Positions 41,698 through 54,802 of a stretch of DNA of 64,000 nt are shown piece after piece (the stretch's first letter is position 1; the number at the start of each line of letters is the position of its first letter). Made by a program: the position numbers and the translations under genes. Location: assembly GCF_009914755.1 (NCBI RefSeq), contig NC_060934.1; one strand, given 5' to 3'. A model generated the notes under the pieces. That model was not told where the DNA came from. It saw only the letters and a list, made by a program, of their open reading frames with translations, and ran no database searches. This DNA comes from the human T2T-CHM13v2.0 reference genome, Homo sapiens.

Positions 41698-42371
41698 CGT
41701 GCCTTTCTCCTCTGCTCACCTGTTGCCCCTGCTATGGGATGTGGAGCATGCAGCCGAGTTGCCCGACCGAAACGCCCCTCTCAGAGCTCAGTGAGGGTCT
41801 CCCTCCTGGCACCCAGGTGAAGGGACATTGTTCAGACCTCATCCTGCATGGCCTCTGCCCCAAGGCCTCCCACACCCACAACATTCCCTCCTCCTGAAAC
41901 ACTTGCGTCCTGGGTTTCCTCATCCAGTTTCCAAACCCAGCACCCGGGCCACAGTCACTTCGTCCTCCTTTCTCCAGCCTGCCAGGTCCTCGTGAGTGCG
42001 TCTCACTGAATTCTCTCTCTGCACGGCCACTGCTTCAGCCAGGGTCACGTGGCCTCTGTGGGAGCCACAGGACGAGACTCCTTGCGGCCTGCTCTTCATG
42101 CGGAGCCTGAGTGGGCTTTTCTGTTCATCAGCCTCGTCCGCCCCTGCGCCCAAAGCCCTCCATGCACACCGACCGCTTGTCGGTTTCTAGACAAGATCCG
42201 TTTAGAAACAGTATGTGGGCACCCCATACTCTCCAAACTCCTCTCAAGTCATGGCCCACACTCTCCCTGCTCACGGCATCTCTGGGTTCTCTCTCCAGCT
42301 CACTGAACTTGTTTCGCATGTATGCCTTTGCCTTGAGGCTTGCTCCCCTTCAACTCTGGAAACCCACTTGT

Positions 42372-42530
42372 CACTCAGCACTCAGGTCTCAGCACTCAGC
42401 ACTCAGGTCTCAGCACTCAGCACCCAGCACTCAGGTCTCAGCACTCAGCACTCAGGTCTCAGCACTCAGCACCCAGCACTCAGGTCTCAGTACTCAGCAC
42501 GCAGGTCTCAGCACTCAGCACTCAGGTCAG
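42372..42530. repeat. 7-bp-based tandem repeat (CACTCAG/GTCTCAG)
   Basis: CACTCAGCACTCAGGTCTCAG repeated. Confidence 0.92.
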
Positions 42531-43100
42531 TCGTTGCTTCTTCGGCAAGGTCGGCCCTGAGCATTTCTGCCTCCCATTAGGTTAGATCCTCGAATGAGGC
42601 TTTTGGACAAGCCCTGCGCCATGATAGCTGGCGATCCACAGCCTACCATGTGCTCCAGGATGTCCTGCCCGTGGGCCACCCATAGGTTCGCTGAGTGCCT
42701 CCCCCTCTACTATGTCCCACGCAGGCAGTGGGCAGAGTAACCACGGAATGATCTAGTAAATTAGTGAGTGGCCGAACAGGTCTTGCCTTTTTGGGAGTGC
42801 AGGATCATTTCACAAGTCGATCCCATCAGGACAAAGCGAGTGTGCAGGCTGCTGCATGCCAAGGGCTCCTCCTCCAGGCAGCCCTTCGCGAGAGGCATGG
42901 CCAATTCTCCAAAGATTCAAATCTTTCTGGGCCTCTGGCTGTTGACAGTTCCTTAATTAAAAATCCTCCTTCCAGCCCCCAAATGGATACCAATCTACAA
43001 TATTCCACACCAACTGCAGCTCAGTCAAGCATTTTACTCATTGCAGTGATAACTGTGCAGGCTGATCATTGTTACAGCCACACAGTAATAGTGCTCTAGA

Positions 43101-43397
<297 letters not shown>

Positions 43398-43668
43398 AAT
43401 AGTGCCCTAGAATTCCAGCTTTCCTCCTAACAACACACGTGGTCCACATCCGGTGTCTGATTCCCATCCCCACTGGAAGTTCCTCCGGCATTCTGTGTAT
43501 TTTCTGTGTGTTGTTTTCAAAAAAACACCATCCGGTATTGTAGGCTGCAAACTTACATCAAATAGTTTCCTGCCTGTGATTTGAATCAGAGCAAAACATC
43601 CCTGGGCACCCAGGCACTGTCCCCGAAGAGGTAATTATTGGTGCTCCCACTGCGTGCTGCCTGCAGGT

Positions 43669-43791
43669 GTTTTCCTGTATCAGCCCGCACCATTCCCTGA
43701 AGACAGACGGTTCTGTGATGCTTTCTGGATGGCGTTTTCCTGTATCAGCCCGCACCATTCCCTGAAGACAGACCGTTCTGTGATGCTTTCT
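43669..43791. repeat. 65-bp tandem duplication
   Basis: GTTTTCCTGTATCAGCCCGCACCATTCCCTGAAGACAGAC(G/C)GTTCTGTGATGCTTTCT occurs twice. Confidence 0.92.
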
Positions 43792-44509
43792 CCCTTGAAG
43801 ACATAATGTCTATCTCTAATTCCCACACTGATTTTCTTTCTTTTAAGAAACCAACAAAACCAGCACCAAAAACAGCTGTTGACCCTCATCATCTGAAAGC
43901 GTGGGAACCAACTTTCCCCCGTGATCTCCCGCTCTGATCTTCATGACCCCTGGCTCCCCGTGTCTGTTCATGGGGCCTTCGGTGTGGGCTCCTGTTTGTG
44001 GAGCCTCAGTGGCCCGTCCCTGTGTCCTTCTGCTGTGGGCCTGTAGCTGGGAAATTCACCCCCTGGCATTGACCAGGGGAAGGTGCGATTCCCTGTGGAG
44101 TTGGGAAGTGGCTCTCAGGGGTCAGGCATTGGGTGCTGCCCCAGTGCATGTTATGGGCAGCTGTCCACTGCGTGCAGGGCCAGTGAGACACCAAGAGGTC
44201 ATCACGGGCCTCTTCTCATCTCAGTGCCAGCCGTGATGATCAGAAACATTTCTTTAGGGGGATGTGACCGCTGGCTATGGCGCCGGGACTCTTCTCCCAG
44301 TGGGTCAATCGCACCTTCACTCTGGGCAGGTGAGGGCACAGGCAGGAGCCTGAATGTGCAGGTGCCCGCAGGCGAGGTGGAGAATGGGCGCTTCTCCAGG
44401 AACTTAAATCTTGATAATGAGGCCCATCTGAACCCCTCAGGCTGCCCCAGGAGCCTCGCCTCACCTGCGGGCATCCAGCGGTGTCTGTAATGACCCTGCC
44501 CTGAAATGA

Positions 44510-44960
<451 letters not shown>

Positions 44961-45654
44961 CACCTTTTAATCACGATCCTGAGAGGTGTGACCCTGGCAT
45001 TGCCACGTGCGAGTCCCCCTAGGAAACCAAGGCTACGCTGGGAGCACTGTGGGGCTGTTTAGGGACTCAAGGCCATGCCACGTCCTGACTCTGCGATGCC
45101 TCCCAAGGGTGAGCAGTGGGTTCTTGCCTTTGCCACAAAAGATGCTGCCCTTGGGAATACCAGGATGAGTTAATGATTTCTGAACATATTTCCTAAACTA
45201 TGTTCCAAAGAGCACCACAGCTAGAGGTTTGAAAGGAATTTAGGAAAGATCTTACGCATATTCCATTTCCTCCTCGGAGTAACATCAGCGTATGAAATGC
45301 CCAGACAAGTCCTGTGCGGAAGAGAAGCACCCACCCTCCCCCTCTGTCAGCGGACGGGACCCTCATGGCCCCAAGGGAGGCTAGTCCACGTTCACCACAC
45401 ACGCATTCCTAGAAGTGGTTTTTAACGTAATCATTTAGGAATATTTTTGTAAATAATTTTCTGATTATCAAAACCATAATTACAGGATTTTAATTATTTT
45501 ATGGATATGCAGGTTGAAGAGACTGGGTTTTGATGACTTTGATGGGGGAGGGAGGGAGGGAGAGAGAGAGAGAGAGAGAGATTGATTTAGTTTCTGAGGA
45601 GACAAACACTAGGGTTAAGAAGGATTAGAAGGCGATTTTCCTGCATTGAAATAG

Positions 45655-45955
45655 TTTTTTTTTTTTTTTTTTGAGAAGGAGTTTCACTTTGTCGCCCAGG
45701 CTGGAGTGTAAGGGCATGATCTTGGCTCACTGAAACCTCTGTCTCCCGGGTTCAACCGATTCTCCTGCCTCAGCCTCCCAAGTAGCTGGGATTATAGGCA
45801 CCCACCACCATGCCTGGCTAATTTTTGTATTTTTAATAGAGACGGGGGCTTCACCGTGTTGGCCAGGCTTGTCTTGACCTCCTGACCTCAGGTGATCCAC
45901 CCAACTTAGCCTCCCAAAGTGCTGGGATTACAGGCATGAGCCACCGCTCCCGGCC
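45655..45955 (-). mobile_element. AluS (Sx-like) element
   Basis: Poly-T plus reverse Alu dimer with CTCAGGTGATCC. Confidence 0.94.
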
Positions 45956-46273
45956 TCTTGCACTGAAGTCCAAAGGCCAGAAGAACCCGGAGGCTTTCGG
46001 CGTTTCCGCCTTTGCCTTCCGATGTCCATTCCCATCTGAGCAGTCATTTCTGCTTAATTCCGCCATTACTTCCTCCCTTGATGCTTCTGAAACTGTCTCC
46101 TCAGCAGATGATCCCTGCATTAGTTGGCGGAGCTGATGGTGTTCCCTGTTTTACCCTGTGGTCTCATTTCCGGATGCTGCTACCAATGCCCGTCTCTATG
46201 GCTCCCTGCCCACGTGTGCAGCCCCGTCACTGAGAGGGAAGTGGCTGGAGAGGTGTCCAGATCATTGTGAATG

Positions 46274-46554
46274 AAGTCATCTGTGAAACCATGGGAGAGA
46301 GATTTGATGTCTGCTTCCCTTTCAAATGAAAGGAAAAGAGTGGGGTGAGAGAGGGCGGCACTCCCCAGACAGGCCCTGACCACACCCTGGCCCCCACGCC
46401 TCAGCAGAACAACTCTGAACCTCTATGGACTCACAGGGGCGAGGTCGGGGCAAGGAGACTCAGGGCCTGCGCTGCTCACCGGGTGAGAAGTCACAGCTGG
46501 TTAGGAGGCCACAGGTAAGCAGAGGTGCGAGCCACCAGGGACGGGGTGAGTTAT
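46274..46554 (+). repeat. Left arm of a 281-bp inverted repeat
   Basis: Reverse complement of 47231-47511; ungapped, 11 mismatches by manual alignment. Confidence 0.96.
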
Positions 46555-47230
46555 TCACAGGTGAATGAGCTAGGACGAGGCAACAGCACGCAGGCCACGC
46601 CTCGCCAACCCATGGGTCCTCAACAGGATTTTGGTGACACGCAACACCCCTCTGGCTCCTGCTCTGATCCATGATGGTGAGGGAGGTTCCCACGGTCACG
46701 CGTGTGCTGGGATTCTGCTCTTTACGCCGTCCCCGGGCAACACAGACATCAGCTCTTCTCTCCTCCAGCTGAGCAAATGTAAGCTGTCCAGGAGAATCCA
46801 TCCCAGCTGCTAACAAAATCTTCAGACGAGAGTCAGTCTGATTCGGAGTGGAATGAAATGAGCATTCGGCAATACCTCCGTGTGCCGGTGCAGCTGAGTT
46901 CTCGGTAAACACAATATTCCGAGGTGATACTGAGCTCTGCGTCCTCAGATTAAATGTATCTCCTTCTTAGATTTGCTCGGGCACTTTACGGCTTCTGCAA
47001 ATGACAGCCTCGGCGCTGCAAAGTAATTCCACACTGTCATATTTGTCTTTGGAAATTGTAACAAATTATGGTGATTTATAACATCAAACTCAACTCCCAT
47101 TTTTCCCCAGACGGCAATGTCGCTGATGGCGAGATTCCGGGCCATCCATTTATCCTGTGTGGAGGCTGACAGGGACGCATGCCTCATCTGCTGCCAAGAC
47201 ACTGGGTTCCCTTGAGGGGACTCTGTCGAC

Positions 47231-47511
47231 ATAACTCACCCTGTCCCGGGTGGCTCGCACCTCTGCTTACCTGTGGCCTCCTAACCAGCTGTGACTTCTC
47301 ACCTGGTGAGCAGTGCAGGCCCTGAGTTCCCTTGCCCCGACCTCGCCCCTGTGAGTCCATAGAAGTTCAGAGTTGTTCTGCTGAGGCGTGGGGGCCAGGG
47401 TGTGGTCAGGGCCTGTCTGGGGAGTGCCGCCCTCTCTCGTCCCAGTCTTTTCCTTTCATTTGAAAGGGAGGCAGACATCAAATCTCTCTCCCATGGTTTC
47501 ACAGATGACTT
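47231..47511 (-). repeat. Right arm of a 281-bp inverted repeat
   Basis: Reverse complement of 46274-46554. Confidence 0.96.
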
Positions 47512-47619
47512 GGAATCCTGGCCTTTTAGGATAGAAAGAGAACACAGAGATCCCGGCCCATCAAGCAGGCCCCAGAAACATGGGCAGCAGCAGGAGAGTG
47601 CCCAAGCTCCTGGCAGGGT

Positions 47620-47960
47620 GGGTCCAACCCTGTGTCGTGCCCCTGATTCAGGCGTTGAAGCCTCAACTCCAGATGCTGGCATGAGGAGGTGGTTCCTGGG
47701 GAGGTGATTTGGGTTAGATGGGGTCCTGAGGGTGAGGCCCTCACGATTAGAAGAGAAAGAGACCGGGCTCTTGCTCTCTGCCACACGAGGACACAGAAAG
47801 CGCCATCTACAAGCCAGGAAGGGGCCTTCATGGCAATCCTAGTGGGCTGGATCTTGGTCTTTGGTTTCCAGCCTTGAGAACTGAGAAATAAACATTTATT
47901 GTTTAAACTAAACCACCAAATCTATGGTATTTTGTGATAGCAGCTGAGTGGGCTAAGACA
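47620..47960 (+). mobile_element. MLT1A-type solo LTR
   Basis: GAGGACACAG...GCCATCTACAAGCCAGGAA...GAGAAATAAACATTTATTGTTTAA...TATGGTATTTTGTGATAGCAGC...CTAAGACA. Confidence 0.85.
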
Positions 47961-48222
47961 CCTTCCTCCCAGCACAGTGTCACCCAAAAACCTTGAGGCT
48001 TCTCCATCAGCAACGGACTGGGAAGGCAGGTCTGCACCTGCGTCTCCACGTCCCACTTCACATGTGGCATCTGGCACCGGACGGTGGCCGCCTCCTTTCA
48101 GATTACTCACGGCTCTAGAATCTAGCTTATATGTTTATTTTCTGAATGTTGTAACTAGGACTCTGGCTCTAGACAGGCAAAATGTTCCCAAGAAAAATGA
48201 GAAAATAAAAATTGCTCTTTTT

Positions 48223-49503
48223 CAATGGGGAAATTGTTCCCTATCTAATAAATGGTGCTGGGAAAACTGGCCAGCCGCAAGCAGAAAACTGAAATTGGAC
48301 TCCTTCCTTTTACTTATACAAAAATTAACTTAAGATGGATTAAAGACTTAAATGTAAAACCCCAAACCATAAAAACCCTAGAAGAAAACCTAGGCAATGC
48401 CATTCAGGACATAGTCATGGGCAAAGACTTCATGACGAAAATGCCAAAAGCAATTGCAACAAAAGCCAAAATTGATAAATGGGATCGAATTAAACTAAAG
48501 AGCTTCTGCACAGCAAAAGAAACTATCCTCAGAGTGAACAGACAGCCTACAGAATGGGAGAAAAATTTTGCAAGCTACCCATCTGACAAAGGTCTAATAT
48601 CCAGCCTCTATAAGGAACTTAAACAAATTTACAAGAAAAAAACAAACAACCCCGTCAAAAAGTCGGCCAAGGATATGAACAGACACTTCTCAAAAGAAGA
48701 CATTTATGAGGCCAACAAACATATGAAAAAAGCTCACCATCACTGGTCATTAGAGAAATGCAAATCAAAACCACACTGAGATGCCATCTCATGCCAGTCA
48801 GAATGGCAATGATTAAAAAGTCAAGAAACAATAAATGCCAGTGAGGATGTGGAGAAATTGGAACACTTTTACACTGTTGGTGGGAATGTAAATTAGTTCA
48901 ACAATTGCAGAAGACAGTGCAACAATTCCTCAAGGATCAAGAGCCACAAATACCATTTGGCCCAGCAATCCCATTACTGGGTATATACCCAAAGGATTAT
49001 AAATTATTCTACTATAAAGACACATGCACACGTATGTTTATTGCAGCACTGTTCACAATAGCAAAGACTTAGAACCAACCCAAATGCCCATCAATGATAG
49101 ACTGAACAAAGAAAACATGGCATATATACAGCATGGAATACTATGCAGCCATAAAAAGGAAGGAGCTCATGTCCTTTGCAGGGAGATGGATGAAGCTGGA
49201 AACCATCATCCTCAGCAAACTAACACAGGAACAGAAAACCAAACACAGCATGTTCTCACTCAAAAGTGGGAGTTGAACAATGAGAACACATGGACACAGG
49301 GAGGGGAACATCACACACCGGGACCTGTCAGGGGGTGAGGGGTGAGGGGAGGGACAGCATTAGGACAAATACCTAATGCATGCCGGTCTTAAAACCTAGA
49401 TGACAGGTCGACAGGTGCAGCAAACCCCCATGGCACATGTATACCTATGTAACAAACCTGCACGTTCTGCACATGTATCCTGGAACTTAGAGTAAAAAAG
49501 AAA
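48223..49503 (+). mobile_element. 5'-truncated primate L1PA: ORF2 C-terminal remnant plus 3'UTR
   Basis: Translation matches L1 ORF2p ([27 protein letters not shown]...[19 protein letters not shown]) with frameshifts; L1PA 3'UTR and A tail; approximate TSD AA(A/G)AATTGCT(C/T)TTTTT at 48207-48222 and 49504-49519. Confidence 0.96.
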
Positions 49504-51945
49504 AAGAATTGCTTTTTTTAAAAAATTGAAAGTTCAGAACTGCAAGCAGTAGCTCCTCCTAGAGCAAGGTGGTGAAGGGCTCAAGTTGGAGTGCTTCTGA
49601 GACACACACGGATGACACAGAGGCCTGGGGGATCTCCTTTAGAGGCTGGATGTACTGAGCACCTGCCTGCCTCCCTTCCCTTCCCTGTCAGGGCCAATGC
49701 CGTGTTCTTGCATGTGTCCAGAGAGCCTGGCAGTCTCTCCAGTGCCTGCGTTTGTGGCTGTGGCTGCAGGGGTCGCAGACCTCTGGGAAGGAGGGAGCCC
49801 GTGGGTCTGTGCCGGCTGGTGGGTGTCCCACAGGGGTCTTGATCTGGGACTGGCCAGACTGCGAAGCCCCTTCCAGAGCACAAGCCAGAGGGGTCTCCTC
49901 TGATCCCTCCTTCACCCTCTCCTCAATTTGCATTAGACACAGGGGATCCAGGAGTGAGACAGGACATCCCCAAGCATCTGGTAGAGGAGAGAGAAGTGGG
50001 CAGCTGTGGCAGAGCCCAGTGTGAGTTATCTCAGAGGATCACGCGGCCCCCAGAGGACATGCTGGACGCACACCTGACCCAGACCTGCGGGAAGAGTGAG
50101 AGGCATGGAGGCCACAGGGCACTTGGAGGATGGGCATCACGTGGTGGACGGGGAGCGTTCTGCCCATGGACGTGGCCTGGGTGAGGGTATAGTAGGCTGA
50201 GGCCAGGCATGCCGAGGGGCTCGAGGTCCTTTAGTGCCACTAGAGGACGTCACAACGTCGGGGCCATGGGAGTCGAGGACAGGAACTCAGCAGAAATCAG
50301 GGCAGGAGAAGCCTCTGCTGCCCATGCCGCCTGACCCTGGCTGCTGCCGCATGCAGTGGACACTCAGTTCCACCCCTAGAGGGAGAGTGACAGGCTCTGC
50401 CTGCCCAGAAGTTCACACTGCACGGCATCCCATCCACCCTCACCGAGGCCTCTCTGCAGTCCTGTGGGTCTCAGAGGGTGCAGGCGTCATTCTCACGACA
50501 GGTGAGGGGTCTCAGGCCAGAGAGGGCAGAGACCTGCCTGGCTCCACACAGCATGCACGTCGGCCCTGGGATGTGAGTCTCTGCATCCTACAGCCAGAGT
50601 TTCCTCTAGGAGACTGTAGCGGAGGGGAGGCAAGGCCAGAGCGGGTATAACAGAAACTCCAGGGGCAGCACTCTGGGTTCAAAGCCGGCCTTAGGATGTA
50701 GCTGCTCTGGGATTATGCACCTTACTTAACATTTCCTGAATGCCTTGTCTCTCGTTTATTTATTTTTTGGTTCAGCAGTGCAACAGATGTGCTACCCACT
50801 TGCTAGTGAGCATGAAGGGGCCTGGAGTCCTTCTCTGCCTAAGCCTTGCAGGTGTTAGGCACTCACTCCACAGCGGCTGGTGCCATTTTCTCCATGCCAT
50901 GGTCTGGTCTGATGCAAACCCATCGACCAGTGCTGTGTGCCTGGCTTCCAAGGCTACAGAAAGGGGACATTGGGCCTGTTGGTGTTGAAGTGCAAGTAAC
51001 CTCTCCGGGACTAGGCTACCTATGGTGGTCTCATTTCTCTCAAACAGGAAATGAAACACAACTGGCAAGGTAGAGGGTACACCGGAAATTGGGGAGGCCC
51101 ACCCATGGTGTTTGGAACCCTGAAGTTGCCCAGGAGAGCTAGTTATTGCCTTCACTTTGCGAGGGAATTTAAAGCGGCATGCTCCTGTTTGACAATTTCG
51201 CTTTTATTTACAGGGGCTGGATCAAACGTATATTTTATGTGATAAGTGGAAAGTGTCAAAATGAGCCACACATAAAGTGGTGACAAAATAATTCACTTCA
51301 ATGAAATTACATAATGTAAAACAAAATCTTAGAAACAGCCCCCGTTAAATATGATTTGCATGCAACATAACATTATACAATTTTTGACACTCTGCAAAGA
51401 GGTATTGGGTCGGAAGTAGCTATGTTTAGAAGGCAATTTGCAGAATTTCTGTTCTTTTAGTGGTTTGAAAGCAGTGATAATTTTTTTTTTCTTTTGGTGG
51501 TTGACAAGTGAACAAAAACCAATAATTGAATAGCACCATTTTACCCAGAAGGCAAGCTGATAATTAGAGGTGTAAGAGACAGTTTGGATTTTATCTGAAT
51601 CGTGGCAGCTCTGACTTGTTTTTAAAATCTGGGAACCAAATCAAGGCCCCGATTCTCAACAATATAAGAAGAAAACAGGATTTTATTTGCAGTTGCTCGT
51701 TCTTGGCTGACACATGTGTTTTGGTCCCTAAAGGGCAGCCCGTGGGTCCTGAGATGAGCAAGTCCACATCTGATTTAGGAAATGAAGAGTTTCTCGGTGG
51801 CCAACGTGGTCAGGAGGAGAATGAAAATAAACTCAGTCTATGCCACCGAGGGCACGTCAGGCAACAGCCCCCGCCCTCCTGGTCTGGCTGCCTCAAGGAA
51901 TGTTCCAGGGCACGTGAGTCTCACCTGCGGCCTTAGAAGGTAGCA

Positions 51946-52772
51946 CCCCACTCAGACGCAATTTGAACCCCATGATCACAGCCGCCCAGACCCCACTCAG
52001 ACGCAATTTGAACCCCATGATCACAGCCGCCCAGACCCCACTCAGACGCAGTTCAGACCCTGGATCACAGCCGCCCAGACCCCACTCAGACGCAGTTCGG
52101 ACCCTGGATCACAGCCGTCCAGACCCCACTCAGACGCAGTTCAGACCCTGGATCACAGCCGTCCAGACCCCACTCAGACGCAGTTTGGACCCTGGATCAC
52201 AGCCGTCCAGACCCCACTCAGACGCAGTTCAGACCCTGGATCCGTCCAGACCCCACTCAGACGCAGTTCAGACCCTGGATCACAGCCGTCCAGACCCCAC
52301 TCAGACGCAGTTCGGACCCTGGATCACAGCCGTCCAGACCCCACTCAGACGCAGTTCGGACCCCGGATCACAGCCGCCCAGACCCCACTCAGATGTAGTT
52401 CAGACCCTGGATCACAGCCGCCCAGACCCCACTCAGACGCATTTCAGACCCTGGATCACAGCCGCCCAGACCCCACTCAGATGTAGTTCAGACCCTGGAT
52501 CACAGCCGCCCAGACCCCACTCAGATGTAGTTCAGACCCTGGATCACAGCCGCCCAGACCCCACTCAGATGTAGTTCAGACCCTGGATCACAGCCGTCCA
52601 GACCCCACTCAGACGCAGTTCAGACCCTGGATCACAGCCGCCCAGACCCCACTCAGATGTAGTTCAGACCCTGGATCACAGCCGCCCAGACCCCACTCAG
52701 ATGTAGTTCAGACCCTGGATCACAGCCGTCCAGACCCCACTCAGACGCAGTTGGGACCCTGGATCACAGCTG
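51946..52772. repeat. 44-bp minisatellite, about 19 near-identical copies
   Basis: Unit ACCCCACTCAGAYGYAGTTCAGACCCTGGATCACAGCCGYCCAG; TCACAG at 52021, 52065 and 52109 onward. Confidence 0.97.
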
Positions 52773-54459
52773 TCCGTCCGCCCGAGCAGATTCTTGTCCA
52801 GGTGTTTTTCCACTTGCAGCTCCGCGCTGGGCAGCTTCAGGCCTGTTACAGCGACGGTGCGGCTTCCCTGCCTGGGTTGTTGGGACGGAAGGGATTCCAC
52901 CCTGGGGCGGTGTGGGGTGGCTTCCCTGCTCTCCCTGCTCTCTGCGTTCCCACGGTGCAGGATGGCGGCGTTGAGAGCCAGAAACGAAACCCTGAGAAGC
53001 AGAAGCCGGGCGTCCTGCCCGCCCTCCTCTACCAGGCCTCATCTGGAGGGCTGCGCCAGGTCCTTCCAACTTCAAAGAGTTGCCTGTGAAGGGCGTCCTC
53101 CAGGTGGGTCTGCAGTGCAGTCAAGGCCTCCTGCAATTAATATGCTGGGAACACATTTTAAATAGCTCCCTCCTCCCTTGAATAGCAGACGGGGACAACA
53201 AGCCTGTTATTCAGTATTCCATTTTTGATAGCTCATTGTATCTAAAAAGAGATCAATTAAAGCTCTCAGAAAGCTCTCCAGCTTAATTGAAGGACAATTT
53301 AGACATTGCAGTAACGGCAGATCTGCCGTCCATTGCCGCATTTATTCGGGCTGGGAGCTATTGGCGTCTCCCACACACCCTCGCAGATGAAGAGATTTCA
53401 ACTGGAAAGGAAACGCTACCATCAGAGGAAAGATAAATTGTCACCAACTTCATTCTTCAACGGATAAAGGGAGCTTTGGAAATAAAAAATAGACCCGAAC
53501 CATGATGTGGTGGAATTATCTGTGCCTGTGCTCTCCTGAGCAGCCGGGCCTGCGTTCCTTCTTCTTCCCTGTGAAGGGGCAGCGCTGGGCCCGCTTATTA
53601 GTGCAACAGCAAAGACTCATTAAGTTTACAGCCCGCCCGTGACGTGAGGCAGCTCTGGCCAGAAATCTCAAGTTCATCCCATCAAGTCAATTTTGTCTGT
53701 ATTTTAAGAACTTATCTCTTGCAAAATGGGACCTTAACATGTTTGTGATGGTCCACAGATAGCTCTTACTGAAAGCGAGAATGGCAGGTGACCAAAAAAA
53801 AAAAAAAAACAAAAAAAAAAAACACACAAAATGGTGACCTCAGGGACGTGATGAACGGGCAATGATGACTTCACTGTGTGTTTTCCTGACCGTGGAGTAG
53901 AGCCGTCCCAGGCAGACTCTCTGGGCCCTGCTCAGGACGGTCATGAAACCCCATGCTCTTGTTATGTGAATATTGAAAGCAACGCCAGGGTCTGGGAGGG
54001 CAGTGGGATGAGCCTGGCCTGGGGCAGGTGGCACCAGGGCTGCTGAGTTTCCAGGGGCACTGGCTGGTGAGTGGCCACAGCCCCTCCCGTTGGTCACCAC
54101 CTGGTGGGCAGCAGCATGAAGCCCCCGGGGGTGCGGAGTGTTGGGCTGTGTGCCACCTTCGGGGGCTCTGATGAGCAGCTCCACTCCTTGGCCCAGGGCA
54201 GGCTTCTCAGGAGCAGGCTTGGGGGTCTGTGGCTTTTCACATGGGACGTGGACTAGCTGCTTGCCTGAGAGACCACCCTTCTGGATTCCAGAGGACCCAG
54301 CCAGAGTCGTCACGGCAGGGTCTGCAGGGTTGGAGAAGGCTCTGTTGGGGCCGGGCACAGCAGGTGGTGGCAGGAGGATAATGCCGGGGCCTGGACAGGG
54401 GGTACAGGGGCGGGAATGGATGCACAGGTACAGACCCTGCTCTTACGTCTAGGAGGCGG

Positions 54460-54746
54460 GTATAGTCAATGCGATGTGTAATGTGTACATACAGTGTGAA
54501 ATGTATGTAGCATGTAAAGTACACATAATAAAGTTTATATGATTTGTAAAGTACAAATGCTATGTCAAGTGTACATACCACATAAAGTCTATATAACATG
54601 TAGGGTGTATATGATATGTAAAGAGTATGTAATATGTCAAGTAAACAAAATACGTATGGTCTATATAATTCAAAGTGTCTACATTATATATAAAGTCTAC
54701 ATATTAGGTAAAGTCTATATAATATGTGAAGTCTATAATAGCAAAG

Positions 54747-54800
<54 letters not shown>
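54460..54800. repeat. Degenerate TA-rich tract ending in a perfect (CA)~24 microsatellite
   Basis: Repeated TAAAGTCTATAT-like motifs; pure CA run at 54752-54800. Confidence 0.9.

Positions 54801-54802
<2 letters not shown>

Noticed and set aside
46274-47511. Inverted repeat as the terminal repeats of a DNA transposon
   Set aside because: No convincing TSD (flanks TGAATG / GGAATC), no transposase remnant, and the arm ends match no TIR I know.
48252-48779. 175-aa ORF as a functional gene
   Set aside because: Frameshifted C-terminal remnant of L1 ORF2 in a 5'-truncated copy lacking the endonuclease and reverse-transcriptase domains.
51946-52772. Possible CRISPR-like array (also 23117 and 30021)
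   Set aside because: Units are contiguous with no unique spacers, there are no cas genes, and the DNA is primate.
53314-53329. Perfect 16-bp palindrome ACGGCAGATCTGCCGT
   Set aside because: About one such palindrome is expected by chance in 64 kb (64000/4^8).
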